A stretch of DNA of 64,000 nt, taken from the NCBI GenBank assembly GCA_963727445.1, contig CAVSGI010000027.1:354983-418982 (forward strand), given 5' to 3'. The DNA comes from an uncultured delta proteobacterium. Its GTDB lineage: Bacteria; Myxococcota_A; Polyangia; Polyangiales; B10-G4. The notes under the pieces were generated by a model. It had not been told where the DNA came from. It ran no database searches and saw only the letters and a program-made list of their open reading frames with translations. The position numbers and the translations under genes were made by a program. Of this stretch, positions 28,489 to 40,095 are shown piece after piece (position 1 is the stretch's first letter; each line of letters opens with the position of its first letter).

Positions 28489-29849
28489 GGACGGGCCCGC
28501 TCCGCCCCGTCGCGGCCCTGCTGCTCCTCGCGCTTCACGGATGCGGCGGCGCCTCCGCCCCGCCCGAGACCGCCCGCAGCGGAGGCGCGGGCGAAAACGA
28601 AACCGGTGATGGCAGCGAGGGTCACGTGACCTCCTCATCGGCCTGCGCCCCACCGCCCCAGCCCGAGCATCCGAGCTACACCTCGGACGCCCTCACCCTC
28701 GAGCTCGAGGAGCGCGGCGGCCCCCGCACCCTCGGCATCCCCGTCCCGCCATTCCAGTTCGAGGTGAGCACCACCGAGGACCTCCCAGGCTCGGTGGAGA
28801 TGGAGCTCACCATCTACGACCCGGACGGCCACACCCACGTCCAGCGCTTCCGCTACCACAACATGGAGGAAGCCTGTGATCCCTACTGCCTCCCGGCTGG
28901 CCCCATCAACGACTGCCGGCCCCGCCGATGCTGGATGGAGCGCTCCCGTCCGCGTCCCATTCGTATCGACCCCTCGGTCTACGAGAGCCGCACTCCGGGG
29001 ACCTGGACCTTCGTGCTCCATCGCCTGGACGACGACGACCGCGTCTCCGTCGCGCGCGTCCTCTTCGAAGGACCCGCCGTCGCCGAGAGCAGCGCCGAGT
29101 GCGACGCGTTGCCCCCGACCGTGGGCGAGTTCACGCGCGCCCGCTGTCAGCGAGGCATCGTCCCCCTCGGCACGCCCCGCACCAGCTACTGGGGGCTCGA
29201 GGCGCGCTACGGGCGCGACGGATGTCGGGTCAATGCCTTCGCGCTCCCCCTCGACCACTCGGTGCGGACCGCCTTCTTCGAAGGCCCCTACGGCGTCGCG
29301 GACGAGCGCGCGCTCGCGGAAGGGACGGTGCGCGAGGTCCACGTCGGCGATGGGACCATCCGGGCATGGCTCGCCCACCACCACCTCTACATCGTCGCTG
29401 CCGCGAGTGGGCTCGAAGGCTTCGACGACGTGGTGAACGCCTTCCTCGAGGACTTTCCCGTGGTGACGGGCCCCATCCGCGCCGTGCCCGCGTGTCGCGA
29501 CATCCCCGACGTGGAGTCGCACACCATCGCGCCCATCACTTCCGCGGAGCTCACCGCTTCGAACACCCACTTCTTCTCGCACTTCGAAGGCAATCGACCC
29601 GCGGGCGCCTGGGTGCTGATGGACGACGCGCATCCCCTGGCCCGCGCGGGGCTGCGGCGGCACGAGATCATCCAAAGCGTGAACGGCGAACGCGTGCGCG
29701 ACCGGCGTCACCTCCTGTCGCTCCTCGAAGGGCTCGCGCGCGGCGGGGGCATGGAGATCGTCGTGTCACGCCGGCGCGTACGCCATCCCCGCTGTTTGAA
29801 GATCACCGTCGATGCTTCGGCCGGCGACGGGGCCGACCAGACGCGGTAG
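28485..29849 (+). CDS. Lipoprotein with a C-terminal PDZ-like domain
   Basis: Lipobox LHGC; HPLARAGLRRHEIIQSVNGERV. GTGA-coupled to the upstream gene. Confidence 0.65.
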   Translation: MRTGPLRPVAALLLLALHGCGGASAPPETARSGGAGENETGDGSEGHVTSSSACAPPPQPEHPSYTSDALTLELEERGGPRTLGIPVPPFQFEVSTTEDLPGSVEMELTIYDPDGHTHVQRFRYHNMEEACDPYCLPAGPINDCRPRRCWMERSRPRPIRIDPSVYESRTPGTWTFVLHRLDDDDRVSVARVLFEGPAVAESSAECDALPPTVGEFTRARCQRGIVPLGTPRTSYWGLEARYGRDGCRVNAFALPLDHSVRTAFFEGPYGVADERALAEGTVREVHVGDGTIRAWLAHHHLYIVAAASGLEGFDDVVNAFLEDFPVVTGPIRAVPACRDIPDVESHTIAPITSAELTASNTHFFSHFEGNRPAGAWVLMDDAHPLARAGLRRHEIIQSVNGERVRDRRHLLSLLEGLARGGGMEIVVSRRRVRHPRCLKITVDASAGDGADQTR

Positions 29850-29861
29850 GTGCCGCGCGCT

Positions 29862-31445
<1,584 letters not shown>

Positions 31446-31468
31446 AGTCTCGCGCGAATGGCAGCCTA

Positions 31469-32140
31469 TTAGAAGGTGCACCCGAAGGAAGTGCTGCCCG
31501 AGACGGCCTGCGTCGCACCGCCCACGCTCAGGGTCAGCTCGTAGCTCACCAACCGCTCGCCAGCGCAGATGCTGCACGAGTCCAGCACCGGCGAGGAGGC
31601 CGTCTTGTGGTGCATCTGCATGGCGGTCGCACCCGCCGCCACCGTGACCATCTCCACGTCGAAGTCGATGTCGGTGGCCGAGGCGCCCGGGTCGTCGAAG
31701 GTCAGGTGCGCCGACGTGATGATGGCGGTGGCCTCGCTCGACCCGGCGGTGTTGTCGTAGCTCAGCTCGATGAAGAAGCGCAGAGGGTCGGGCGGGACGC
31801 TGGGCATGCAGTTCGCCCAGGCGCCGACGCTGACCTCGCTGATGACGAGCGCGGCGGTGGAGGCGTCGGAAGCGCCGTCGGAGGTCGAGCCGTCTCCAGT
31901 GCCCGAATCCCCCGTTCCGGTGTCCCCCATCCCCGCGTCCCCACCACTCGAATCGGCCGCGCCCGTGTCGCTGCCGCCCGTATCCGCGGGCGCGCCGTCC
32001 GCCATCGGCGCGTCCGCGCCCGTATCCAAGAGGCCCGTGTCGGCCGCGCCGGTGTCAGCGGCGACCCCGTCATCTCCGCAGCCGAGGCCGAAAGGGAGGA
32101 GCAGCGAGAGAGCCAGGACGAAGTGGGCCGTGGTGTGCAT
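31469..32140 (-). CDS. Lipoprotein with a DTG/DAG low-complexity linker
   Basis: Lipobox GLGC followed by GDDG and repeated D-T/A-G. Confidence 0.7.
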   Translation of the reverse strand: MHTTAHFVLALSLLLPFGLGCGDDGVAADTGAADTGLLDTGADAPMADGAPADTGGSDTGAADSSGGDAGMGDTGTGDSGTGDGSTSDGASDASTAALVISEVSVGAWANCMPSVPPDPLRFFIELSYDNTAGSSEATAIITSAHLTFDDPGASATDIDFDVEMVTVAAGATAMQMHHKTASSPVLDSCSICAGERLVSYELTLSVGGATQAVSGSTSFGCTF

Positions 32141-32207
32141 CGCCCGATGGTAGCGCGCACCCACGCGAAAGTGGCGGCCGGAGGGCTCGCCGGCTATCGG
32201 CGAGAAC

Positions 32208-33725
32208 TCATGGCGCCGCCATGCAGGGCGTGGGATCGCTGACGAGGATGCCGTTACCCGACGTCCCGGCGTAGGTGATGACGTCGAAGGCAGGCGGGTA
32301 CGTGGTGAAACCGCCGTGCAGCGGGCACGACCAATAGCTGGTGAGGCCGGCGAGGACGGGATGGCTGGTGCCGGCCGGCGCGGTGGTGGCCGCGCAGTAG
32401 TTCATGGTGTCGGTGGTGATGGGCGAGCCGAGCACCGAGGTGAACTGCTCGGGGGTGCCACGGCCGGGGACCATCATCATCGAGTTCGAGTTGTAGACGG
32501 TGCAGCCCCAGTTGAAGAAGAGGCTGGTGCGCCCTCCGTCGACGTTGCGGCCGTTCTCCTTCAGCCAGTTCGCGGCGTTCGTGTAGAAGGTGGCGGCCTC
32601 GGGGCTGACGTGGTGGTCGGGGTCGCCGATCATGATCAGGGAGCGGCCGCGGATGGCGGGACCCCAGGCGGCGATGGTGTCCTCAGCCGTCCCGAAGACC
32701 TCGTCGGCTGTACCCGCGCAGTCGTTTCCGTCGAACCAGACGATGTCGTACTGGCCGAAGTCGGCGGTGGTCATGGTGCGCCACATCGCGTCGGTGGCCA
32801 CGGTGATGGTCGCGGTGCCGGCCGCCATCTGCATCGTGCCCTGGGTTCCCCCGGGACCGTAGACCAGGATGCGGGCGGTGCCGCCGTAGCAGAGGTTGTC
32901 GGCGCTGCACATCCCGTCGACGCAGGTCTCGCCGGCCATGCAGACGTTGTCGCAGGAGCCGCAGGTCGCGGGCGAGGTGAGGTCCGCCTCGCACCCGTCG
33001 GCCGGGTCCATGTTGCAGTCCTCCCAGCCCATGTCGCAGACGAAGCCGCACGCGCTCGCCTCGCAGGTGCGCATCGCGTGGTCGGGCGTGGGGCAGACGT
33101 TGTCGCAAGCGCCGCAGTTGTCGGGGTCGTCGGCGACCGCGACTTCGCAGCCGTCCTCGATGACGCCGTTGCAGTCCTCCCAGCCGGCGTCACAGACGAA
33201 GCCGCACGCGCCTTCGTCGCAGGTCCCGCTCGCGTTGGGCGGTGACGGGCAGGCGTTTCCGCACGAGCCGCAGTTGTCGACGTCGGTGCGGTAGTCGATG
33301 CACTCCCCCATGCAGAGATCGGCGAACTCGCCACAGGAGACCATGCACTCGCCGCCCATGCAGAAGCCGCTCGCGCCGCAGGCCATGTCGCAGCCCCCGC
33401 AGTGGGCCGCGTTGGTCGCGGTGTCGACGCAGTCGGCGCCGCACTGGGTGGGCCGCGAGCCCGTGCACTCCGCGGTGCACGCTCCGTCGATGCACCACTC
33501 GTCCGAGCCGCAGGCCACCCCGCAGCCGCCGCAGTTCGCCGGGTCGTACTGCAGGTCGACGCACCCGCCGTCGCAGTCCGCCTGGCCCGTCGGGCAGGTG
33601 CCTCCGCCGTCGGTCCCGGTGTCGAAGCCGACCATCGCGTCGCCGGGGCTCGCCCGACGACTGCCCCCCGAGCAGCCGGCGAGCAGTGACGTGAGCGCGA
33701 TCCCAAGCAAGAAGGCTCTGTTCAT
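32208..33725 (-). CDS. Cys-rich repeat lipoprotein (Stig1-like D..NCG.CG..C repeats)
   Basis: Lipobox LAGC; about five repeats such as DPANCGGCGVAC and DVDNCGSCGNAC. Confidence 0.8.
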   Translation of the reverse strand: MNRAFLLGIALTSLLAGCSGGSRRASPGDAMVGFDTGTDGGGTCPTGQADCDGGCVDLQYDPANCGGCGVACGSDEWCIDGACTAECTGSRPTQCGADCVDTATNAAHCGGCDMACGASGFCMGGECMVSCGEFADLCMGECIDYRTDVDNCGSCGNACPSPPNASGTCDEGACGFVCDAGWEDCNGVIEDGCEVAVADDPDNCGACDNVCPTPDHAMRTCEASACGFVCDMGWEDCNMDPADGCEADLTSPATCGSCDNVCMAGETCVDGMCSADNLCYGGTARILVYGPGGTQGTMQMAAGTATITVATDAMWRTMTTADFGQYDIVWFDGNDCAGTADEVFGTAEDTIAAWGPAIRGRSLIMIGDPDHHVSPEAATFYTNAANWLKENGRNVDGGRTSLFFNWGCTVYNSNSMMMVPGRGTPEQFTSVLGSPITTDTMNYCAATTAPAGTSHPVLAGLTSYWSCPLHGGFTTYPPAFDVITYAGTSGNGILVSDPTPCMAAP

Positions 33726-33810
33726 GGACGTTTCCCTGAGGGTGGCCGGCGGAGGGCAGACCACGCGCGATGTCTTACGACCGGAGCGCAGGAGTCTTCC
33801 CCGGCCTGGA

Positions 33811-34755
33811 TCATGCGCAGATCCCGAGCTCCGTTCCACCGACAACCAGCGATGGGCTGAGCGTGCGGCAGGACGTTCCGCCAGGGCACGAGGGGCTCGC
33901 GACCTCGCAGATCCGGTGGCAGCTCATCGGACCGCCGCTTCCGTCGTTTCCGCAGGCGAAACCGGCCTGACATTCGCGCGTGTCCGTGCACGCGTCGCCC
34001 TGACCGCCCGCGCCCTCGGCGGCGCAGAACGTCGTCACCCGATCCGACATCAAGCGACACGCGAGGCCCGTCGGGCAAGGCGCCGAGCTCACGACATCAC
34101 AAAGGTGTGAGCAAGTCCGCGTCCCACTCGCCTCGAGCATCGCGCCGGCGCAGGTCGCGCCGCTCGCGCAGTCGGCGTCGCTGGTGCAGATCTGCTGGCA
34201 CACGAAGTTGCCCACCATGGAATCGGGTACCGGCACGCAGGCGAGCCCAGGCATGCAGGCATTGCTCCCCGCGCAGGGCTCGAGGAGTCCCAGCGTACCG
34301 GCCGGGGCGCACACCCGTGCACCATGCGCCCAGTAGCAGGCGTCATCACCGGAGCACCCGCACGCCGGCGGCAGCAGATTGCAGAAGACGTCGCCGCAGT
34401 CCGCGATGCAGCCGCGGTAGAGGTCACAACGCGCGCGCTCGCCGCAGAGCGAGTCGTCGGTCGCGAAGCTGCAAGCCCCATCCATACACGTGTCGACCGT
34501 GCACGGGAACGCGTCGGCGCAGTCGGCGTCGACCTCGCAGCGGGCGGGGGGCGGCGGGGGGCTCGAGTCCCCGCTCGACGCGCCATCTGCATCTGCGCGT
34601 GCCTCCGCGTCCGTAGCGGCGTCCCGCACCATCGCGTCGGGGACGACGCTGCCATCCGGGTCCGCGGCCCCACCTTCACAGCCCGAAGCCAGCGCGAGCG
34701 TAACCCCGATCACACACGCGGACCGGCGGGAGATCGACCTCTTCGTCTGCAGCAT
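33811..34755 (-). CDS. Cys-rich lipoprotein
   Basis: Lipobox ASGC; repeated C..D.DC and C.PGLAC modules. Confidence 0.7.
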   Translation of the reverse strand: MLQTKRSISRRSACVIGVTLALASGCEGGAADPDGSVVPDAMVRDAATDAEARADADGASSGDSSPPPPPARCEVDADCADAFPCTVDTCMDGACSFATDDSLCGERARCDLYRGCIADCGDVFCNLLPPACGCSGDDACYWAHGARVCAPAGTLGLLEPCAGSNACMPGLACVPVPDSMVGNFVCQQICTSDADCASGATCAGAMLEASGTRTCSHLCDVVSSAPCPTGLACRLMSDRVTTFCAAEGAGGQGDACTDTRECQAGFACGNDGSGGPMSCHRICEVASPSCPGGTSCRTLSPSLVVGGTELGICA

Positions 34756-34834
34756 GGCGCGATGGCTCACGGGCGAGCGGGTCAAACGATACCAGAGCTG
34801 GCCCGAGCGGAGTCGCTTCTCCTATCATGCGCCG

Positions 34835-35602
34835 GTGCGCGCTGTCCCCTGGCTCGCGGCCCTCTTCCTCGTCGCGTGCGGACGCGTCGGATTCGATCGT
34901 CAGGACGGCGCCATTCCGATCGGTGACGGCGCGACGCTCGACGGCAGGGTTCAGCGAGATGGGGCATTGCTCGACGCGAACCTCGACGCGCCCCTGACCG
35001 ACGATGCGAGCTTCTGCGACGAATCGCCATGTCGCTTCGTCCTGCCTCAGTGCGGCTGCGTCGCCGGCGCCGCGTGCTACCCGAGCCTGGCGGGCCCGAG
35101 CTGCACGCTCCCGGGCACGGGCGCGCTGGGCGACCCGTGCGTCTCGCACTTCGATTGCGAGCCCGGCCTCGGCTGCGTCGCGAACACCATGGAGGTGGGC
35201 TCGCTCCGCCTCTGCCGGCGGCTGTGCGAGTCGAGCCTCGATTGTGCCGCCGGCGCCTGCCTGACCGGCCCCATGGAGACCCAGGGCCTCTGCCCCGACG
35301 GCTGCGACCCGCTCGCCGGAACGGGGTGCACCGCCGATCTCGCCTGCTACCTCGTCACCGGCGTGCGGATCGAAGACGCGGCGACGCTCCCCGTCTCCAT
35401 CTGCATGACGCCCGGGACCGGCGGTGACGGTGATCCGTGCATGGGAACGCCCACCTGTGCCCCAGGCTTCGTCTGCATCATGGACACGATGACATGCGTC
35501 CCCCTCTGCGAGCTCGGCTCGACCTGCCCTGCGCCCTACACCTTCTGCGAGCCGAACGGTTTGTTCATCGACGGCGTGGAGCAGGGGACGTGCAGGGGGT
35601 GA
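34835..35602 (+). CDS. Cys-rich lipoprotein
   Basis: LVAC-GRVGFD N-terminus; P.CGC...ACY and C.PGL.C modules like the divergent neighbour. Confidence 0.7.
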   Translation: MRAVPWLAALFLVACGRVGFDRQDGAIPIGDGATLDGRVQRDGALLDANLDAPLTDDASFCDESPCRFVLPQCGCVAGAACYPSLAGPSCTLPGTGALGDPCVSHFDCEPGLGCVANTMEVGSLRLCRRLCESSLDCAAGACLTGPMETQGLCPDGCDPLAGTGCTADLACYLVTGVRIEDAATLPVSICMTPGTGGDGDPCMGTPTCAPGFVCIMDTMTCVPLCELGSTCPAPYTFCEPNGLFIDGVEQGTCRG

Positions 35603-35608
35603 CGGGCG

Positions 35609-36154
35609 CTACGTGGCGTCGGCAGCATCACCCGCGTCCATCGACGGGTCTGCGTCGCTGGCATCCAAGGCGCCGTCCGGGGCGTCGGGGGTGGCATCGG
35701 CATCACTGGCATCGCGCGCGGCGTCGTCAGCATCGGTCGTGGCGTCCAGCTGTCCGTCCGAAGCCGCATCTGCGTCCGCTCCTGACCCCGAATCAAAATC
35801 TCTCGGGAAGCAGGAGTCGCCCGTAAACACGAGCGCACAACGGCCTTCGCGACACACGGCGTCCGACGGGGCGGGGCCATCGGATGCGGAGACGCAATCG
35901 TTGGCCATCAGACGCCGGCCCTCGTCTGCCGCGTCGCGTCGAATCGCTCGCCAGTACGAGCTTCCCGAACAGTCGCCGATGTAGACGCACTCCGCGCTCG
36001 TGGTGCAACTCTGATGCTCGGCCACGAAGGTCTCGAACGCTTCGCTGCGACCCGCACAAGAGTCGGGGTCTGGCGCGTCGCTGGAACATCCGATCTGAAG
36101 GAAGAGAAGGATCGACGAGCACGCCGCGAATGTGCCTCGAACTCGTTTGGTCAT
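35609..36154 (-). CDS. Hypothetical Cys-containing lipoprotein with an Asp/Ala-rich tail
   Basis: Lipobox QIGC, a Cys module and DA repeats. Confidence 0.55.
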   Translation of the reverse strand: MTKRVRGTFAACSSILLFLQIGCSSDAPDPDSCAGRSEAFETFVAEHQSCTTSAECVYIGDCSGSSYWRAIRRDAADEGRRLMANDCVSASDGPAPSDAVCREGRCALVFTGDSCFPRDFDSGSGADADAASDGQLDATTDADDAARDASDADATPDAPDGALDASDADPSMDAGDAADAT

Positions 36155-36564
36155 CGCCCGCCCCAATCATGCACCATTCGCCCCTCAGGAGGTCCAGTGA
36201 TGGCGACGGCACGCGCACGGCACTACGACTCCGCTCAGACCTCCGCGGAGCCGACCGTAACGTGAGGGACGTGGCGTGCGCCGAGGACTACGTAGACCGC
36301 CGATATCTGCGTGACAGCTGTGATGGCGTTGACGCGCCCACGTGGGAGGAGCGGGCGTCCGCCAAACCTCACCCGGAAACGAATCCCCGCCCAGCCCATC
36401 ACCGAAGCGCTGACGGAACCCGACAGGCGACACCTCGCCCCGGCAGAGCCGTCCGTCTGGACGGACGGAGCGGACGAAGTCCGCGCAGCTGGAGGCGTAC
36501 AGACGACGCCGAGTCACGGATTGACGCGAAGAGGGCGACCCGATGAGGGTCGCCCTCGAGCATG

Positions 36565-36583
36565 GCGGAGCGGACGGGACTCG
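36565..36583 (-). repeat. 19-bp direct repeat of the tRNA-Asp 3' end (att-like)
   Basis: GCGGAGCGGACGGGACTCG is identical at 36565-36583 and 36710-36728. Confidence 0.8.
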
Positions 36584-36670
36584 CCGAGCGGTGGAACAGT
36601 GCGCGGCGGAGTGGAGGTCAGTCCACGGAGCTGCACGGTTCCGGCGCGAGCCGAGTCACGGACGGAAGGC

Positions 36671-36703
36671 AAAGAGCCAGCCCCGCAGGGGGCTGGCTCT
36701 CTT
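36671..36703 (-). terminator. Intrinsic terminator downstream of tRNA-Asp
   Basis: AGAGCCAGCCCC-GCAG-GGGGCTGGCTCT, a 12-bp perfect stem followed by a T-run on the minus strand. Confidence 0.8.
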
Positions 36704-36710
36704 GCAACAG

Positions 36711-36784
<74 letters not shown>

Positions 36785-36827
36785 AATTTTCAATGGTTCC
36801 GGGCCAGGGGGGCCGCGAAGGACGGGT

Positions 36828-36856
36828 GATGTAACGCAGCGATCGGGGGCTGTCAA
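36828..36856 (-). promoter_or_regulatory. Sigma70-type promoter for tRNA-Asp
   Basis: TTGACA-N17-TACATC on the minus strand, about 45 bp upstream of the tRNA. Confidence 0.6.
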
Positions 36857-36907
36857 AGGGATTTGGGGCGTTGCGTGGAGCGTGGAGGGTGGCTCACCAT
36901 CGTTTTC

Positions 36908-37420
36908 ATGAATGGCTTGGTTCGGTGGGGGTTGGCGGCTGCGCTCGCGGCGGCCGGCTGGGCATGTGGAGACGACGGGGCAGCAGGCGACGCGACCATG
37001 GACGCGCCCTCCCCCGACACCGGGCTCGACTGCGCCTCGGTGGGCTGCGCGCCCCCTCCGGCACCGGGCGAGATGTGCACCGCCCCCTGTGGTTGCTGCA
37101 CCGGGCCGACCGACAGCGGGACTCCGGACGCCCCGACGGACGCCGTCGCCGACGCACCCTCCGACGCCCCGGCGGGAGACGCCGGCGGCGACGTCGAGTG
37201 CGGCACCATGACCTGCGGGCCCACCGAGTACTGCTTCATCGAGTGCACGTGCTGCGGCATCGCCCTCGACGGCAGCATGCCCGACCCGAGCGCCGATTAC
37301 ACCTGCATGCCCATCCCAAGCGGCTGCGACCCGAGCAATCTGTGCAGCTGCGACCTCAGCGTCAGCTGCGGCGTCGGGAGCTGCTTGGGCACGCGCACGG
37401 TCGAATGCCCCTGCGCCTGA
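36908..37420 (+). CDS. Small Cys-rich lipoprotein
   Basis: Signal peptide ending GWAC-GDDG, many Cys and a DA linker. Confidence 0.7.
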   Translation: MNGLVRWGLAAALAAAGWACGDDGAAGDATMDAPSPDTGLDCASVGCAPPPAPGEMCTAPCGCCTGPTDSGTPDAPTDAVADAPSDAPAGDAGGDVECGTMTCGPTEYCFIECTCCGIALDGSMPDPSADYTCMPIPSGCDPSNLCSCDLSVSCGVGSCLGTRTVECPCA

Positions 37421-37484
37421 GCCGGCCGGGCGTGGCCGGCGAACCCGCCTTGATTCGCCGTCGCTGAACGCGTACCCAGAATCG

Positions 37485-40091
37485 GTGGAGGAGGTGCACC
37501 CGCCCGGTAGTCGCATCGCCGACCGCTACCTCGTCGAGGCCCGCCTCGGCGCCGGCGGGATGGGCGAGGTGCTGCGCGTTCGTGACGAGCGCCTCAATCG
37601 CGTCGTCGCGCTCAAGGTGCTGAGCGCCGCGTCCATCGGCAACACCGCGGCGACCTCGCGCCTCATCCGCGAGGCGCAGGCCACGGCCGCCCTCGAACAT
37701 CCGAACATCGTCCCGATCTACGACGTCGGCGCGACCGACAACGGCGGCGCATACCTCGCGATGCAGCTCGTGAAGGGAGAGTCCCTCCGCGAACGCCTCG
37801 AACGCGATGGGACACTCACCCTCGAGGAGACCCGGCGCATCGTGGGCGAGATCGGCGCCGCCCTCTCCTGCGCCCACAAGGCCGGCATCGTCCATCGCGA
37901 CATCAAGCCCGACAACGTCATGCTGCGCGAGGAGGACGGGCGTGTGATCGTGCTCGACTTCGGGCTCGCCAAGCACGTCGAGGCCGATGCCGACCTTCAC
38001 ACGCTCACCGCGGACGGCGCCATCATCGGCACCCCCGCCTATCTCTCCCCCGAGCAGGCCCGCGGCCACCAGGTGGATGGGCAGACGGATCAGTTCGCTC
38101 TCGGCGTCATGACCTACGAGATGCTCGCGGGCCGCATCCCGTGGAAGGGCACGACGCTCACCGCGCTCCTCACGAGCCTGATCAGCGACGAGCCGCCGCC
38201 GCTCACCCGCGAGCTGCCGCCGGCCGTGCCCGACGCGCTTCGTCGCGCCCTCGCCAAGGATCCCGCCGCGCGCTTTCCCAGCGTGCAGGCCTTCGTCGAC
38301 GCGTTGCGGAGTGACGAGAGCGCCGCCGAGGTGAGCGCCTTCGCCAAGACCATCGCCAGCGGCGACGGAGAGAAAGACGCGGTCGCCCAGGCGCTGGCCA
38401 ACACCCAGGCTTCGACGTCCGCCCCGAAATCCCGCCGCACGGGCGCCGTCCTCGCGCTCGTGCTCGGCGCGGTCGCGCTGGCGATGGTGGCCTGGGTCGC
38501 CACCCGAACGCCCGACCACGACACCGCGACCGACGGGGGCTCGGCGAGCGACGAGGGGCCGCCCGGTCTCTACAGCCTGGCCGCGCCCAATCCGCCCGCC
38601 GGGTGCAGCGACGCAGCCGCCGAGACGTTCCGCCGCGGCCTCGGGAGGCTCCGCTTCGGCAATTGGGGTGAAGCCTGCGACGCGTTCGAGGAAGCGGCGG
38701 AGGTCGACCCCGGCTGCGCCACGGCGCAGCTGCACCTCGCCAACTGCGCGGCGGGCGCCAACCTCATCGACGACAAAGGCCGAACGGCGATGATCGAGGC
38801 CGGCCACGAGCAATCCAAGCTGACCGAGCGCGAGCAGGCGCTCTACGACGCCCTCGAGCTGCTCCTGTTGCACACGCCTCCCGACCGCGCGGGATACGCG
38901 CGGGCGCTGAGCGCGCTGCCGACCCGTTTCCCGAACGACGCGGAGCTCCTGGTCTACGCCGCCGATCAGGGCGAAGCGCCCAACGAGCAACGGATCGCGT
39001 GGGCCGAAAGAGCTCTCGAGATCGACGCCGAGTACTCGGACGCGTATCAGATCCTCGCGCGCGCCAAGACCGACGCGGGTCTGCGGGACGAAGCACACGA
39101 AGTGCTCGCGCGGTGCCGCGAGAACGTGCGCCTCTCGAGCGACTGCATCGGACAGGAGCTGACGATGCTCCGCGACGAGGGTCGATGCGATGAGGGCCTG
39201 ACGTTGGTGAACGCCCTCCGCCTCCTCAACCCAGACCACCACAACGCGACCTCGCTCCTCGCGCGGCTCCTCGCCTCCGTCGGACGTCCGGAGAGCACCG
39301 TCCGGCGCACGCTCACCGAGCTCGACCGCTTCGACGAGTCGCCCGGCCTGATCCGCGACCGCGTGCTGCTGGCCCTCGGCGCCGACGCCTATTACGGCCA
39401 CCTCGACGCGGTCGTCGCCGGGCCAGCTCAACTGGAGGACGCCGACGACGACCTCGCCAACATCGTCGCCTACCTCGCGGTGGAGGCGCTTGTGGAGCTG
39501 GGACGCGACGACGAGGCGGCGCGGCTCGCGGCGGAGACGGTGGAGCACTGGCCGGCGGAGCTCGGACGCGTCCGAACCTTCCCGGGCCTGGTGCTGGCGG
39601 AGCGCCGCGCGCTGATGCGCGCGCGACCCGCGCTCGACGCGGAGACCTACGCCGCGCTCTCGGCGCGCCGCGACACCCTCGAAGACGACGCGCCCGCCGT
39701 CGGCCCTGCCAATCTCTGGGCCGCGCGGACGGCGTGGAGCGTCACCGACGAAGCGTCCGCGCGCGAGGCCCTGGCGGAGCTCGGCGAGACGCCGCCCGCG
39801 GCGGGCGAGCCCGGGACGGTCGGGCTCGGCGGTCACGTCCTCGCCCTCGCCGGCCGCACCGAAGAGGCCATCGGGCGCCTCCGCATCCTGGCGCGCGGCT
39901 GCATGTCGCTCGTCCAGCCCTTCCTGACGCTGCGGGCGCTCGTGTGGCTCGGCGACGCCTACGAGGCGGCGGGCAACCACGACGAGGCCTGCGCTGCTTA
40001 CCGCGAAGTCGTCTCGCTCTGGGGCGAGAACGCGCCCGAGGCGCGCACCACGCGCCAGGCGCGCGAGCGGCTCGAGCGCTGCACCGAGTAG
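37485..40091 (+). CDS. Hanks-type Ser/Thr kinase with a TM helix and TPR-like C-terminus
   Basis: LGAGGMGEV, VALK, HRDIKPDN, DFG, GTPAYLSPEQ and DQFALG. Confidence 0.93.
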   Translation: MEEVHPPGSRIADRYLVEARLGAGGMGEVLRVRDERLNRVVALKVLSAASIGNTAATSRLIREAQATAALEHPNIVPIYDVGATDNGGAYLAMQLVKGESLRERLERDGTLTLEETRRIVGEIGAALSCAHKAGIVHRDIKPDNVMLREEDGRVIVLDFGLAKHVEADADLHTLTADGAIIGTPAYLSPEQARGHQVDGQTDQFALGVMTYEMLAGRIPWKGTTLTALLTSLISDEPPPLTRELPPAVPDALRRALAKDPAARFPSVQAFVDALRSDESAAEVSAFAKTIASGDGEKDAVAQALANTQASTSAPKSRRTGAVLALVLGAVALAMVAWVATRTPDHDTATDGGSASDEGPPGLYSLAAPNPPAGCSDAAAETFRRGLGRLRFGNWGEACDAFEEAAEVDPGCATAQLHLANCAAGANLIDDKGRTAMIEAGHEQSKLTEREQALYDALELLLLHTPPDRAGYARALSALPTRFPNDAELLVYAADQGEAPNEQRIAWAERALEIDAEYSDAYQILARAKTDAGLRDEAHEVLARCRENVRLSSDCIGQELTMLRDEGRCDEGLTLVNALRLLNPDHHNATSLLARLLASVGRPESTVRRTLTELDRFDESPGLIRDRVLLALGADAYYGHLDAVVAGPAQLEDADDDLANIVAYLAVEALVELGRDDEAARLAAETVEHWPAELGRVRTFPGLVLAERRALMRARPALDAETYAALSARRDTLEDDAPAVGPANLWAARTAWSVTDEASAREALAELGETPPAAGEPGTVGLGGHVLALAGRTEEAIGRLRILARGCMSLVQPFLTLRALVWLGDAYEAAGNHDEACAAYREVVSLWGENAPEARTTRQARERLERCTE

Positions 40092-40095
40092 CGGG

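Noticed and set aside
36166..36560. Coding gene or integrase remnant next to the att-like repeat
   Set aside because: Only short ORFs without recognisable motifs; no tyrosine or serine recombinase signature seen.
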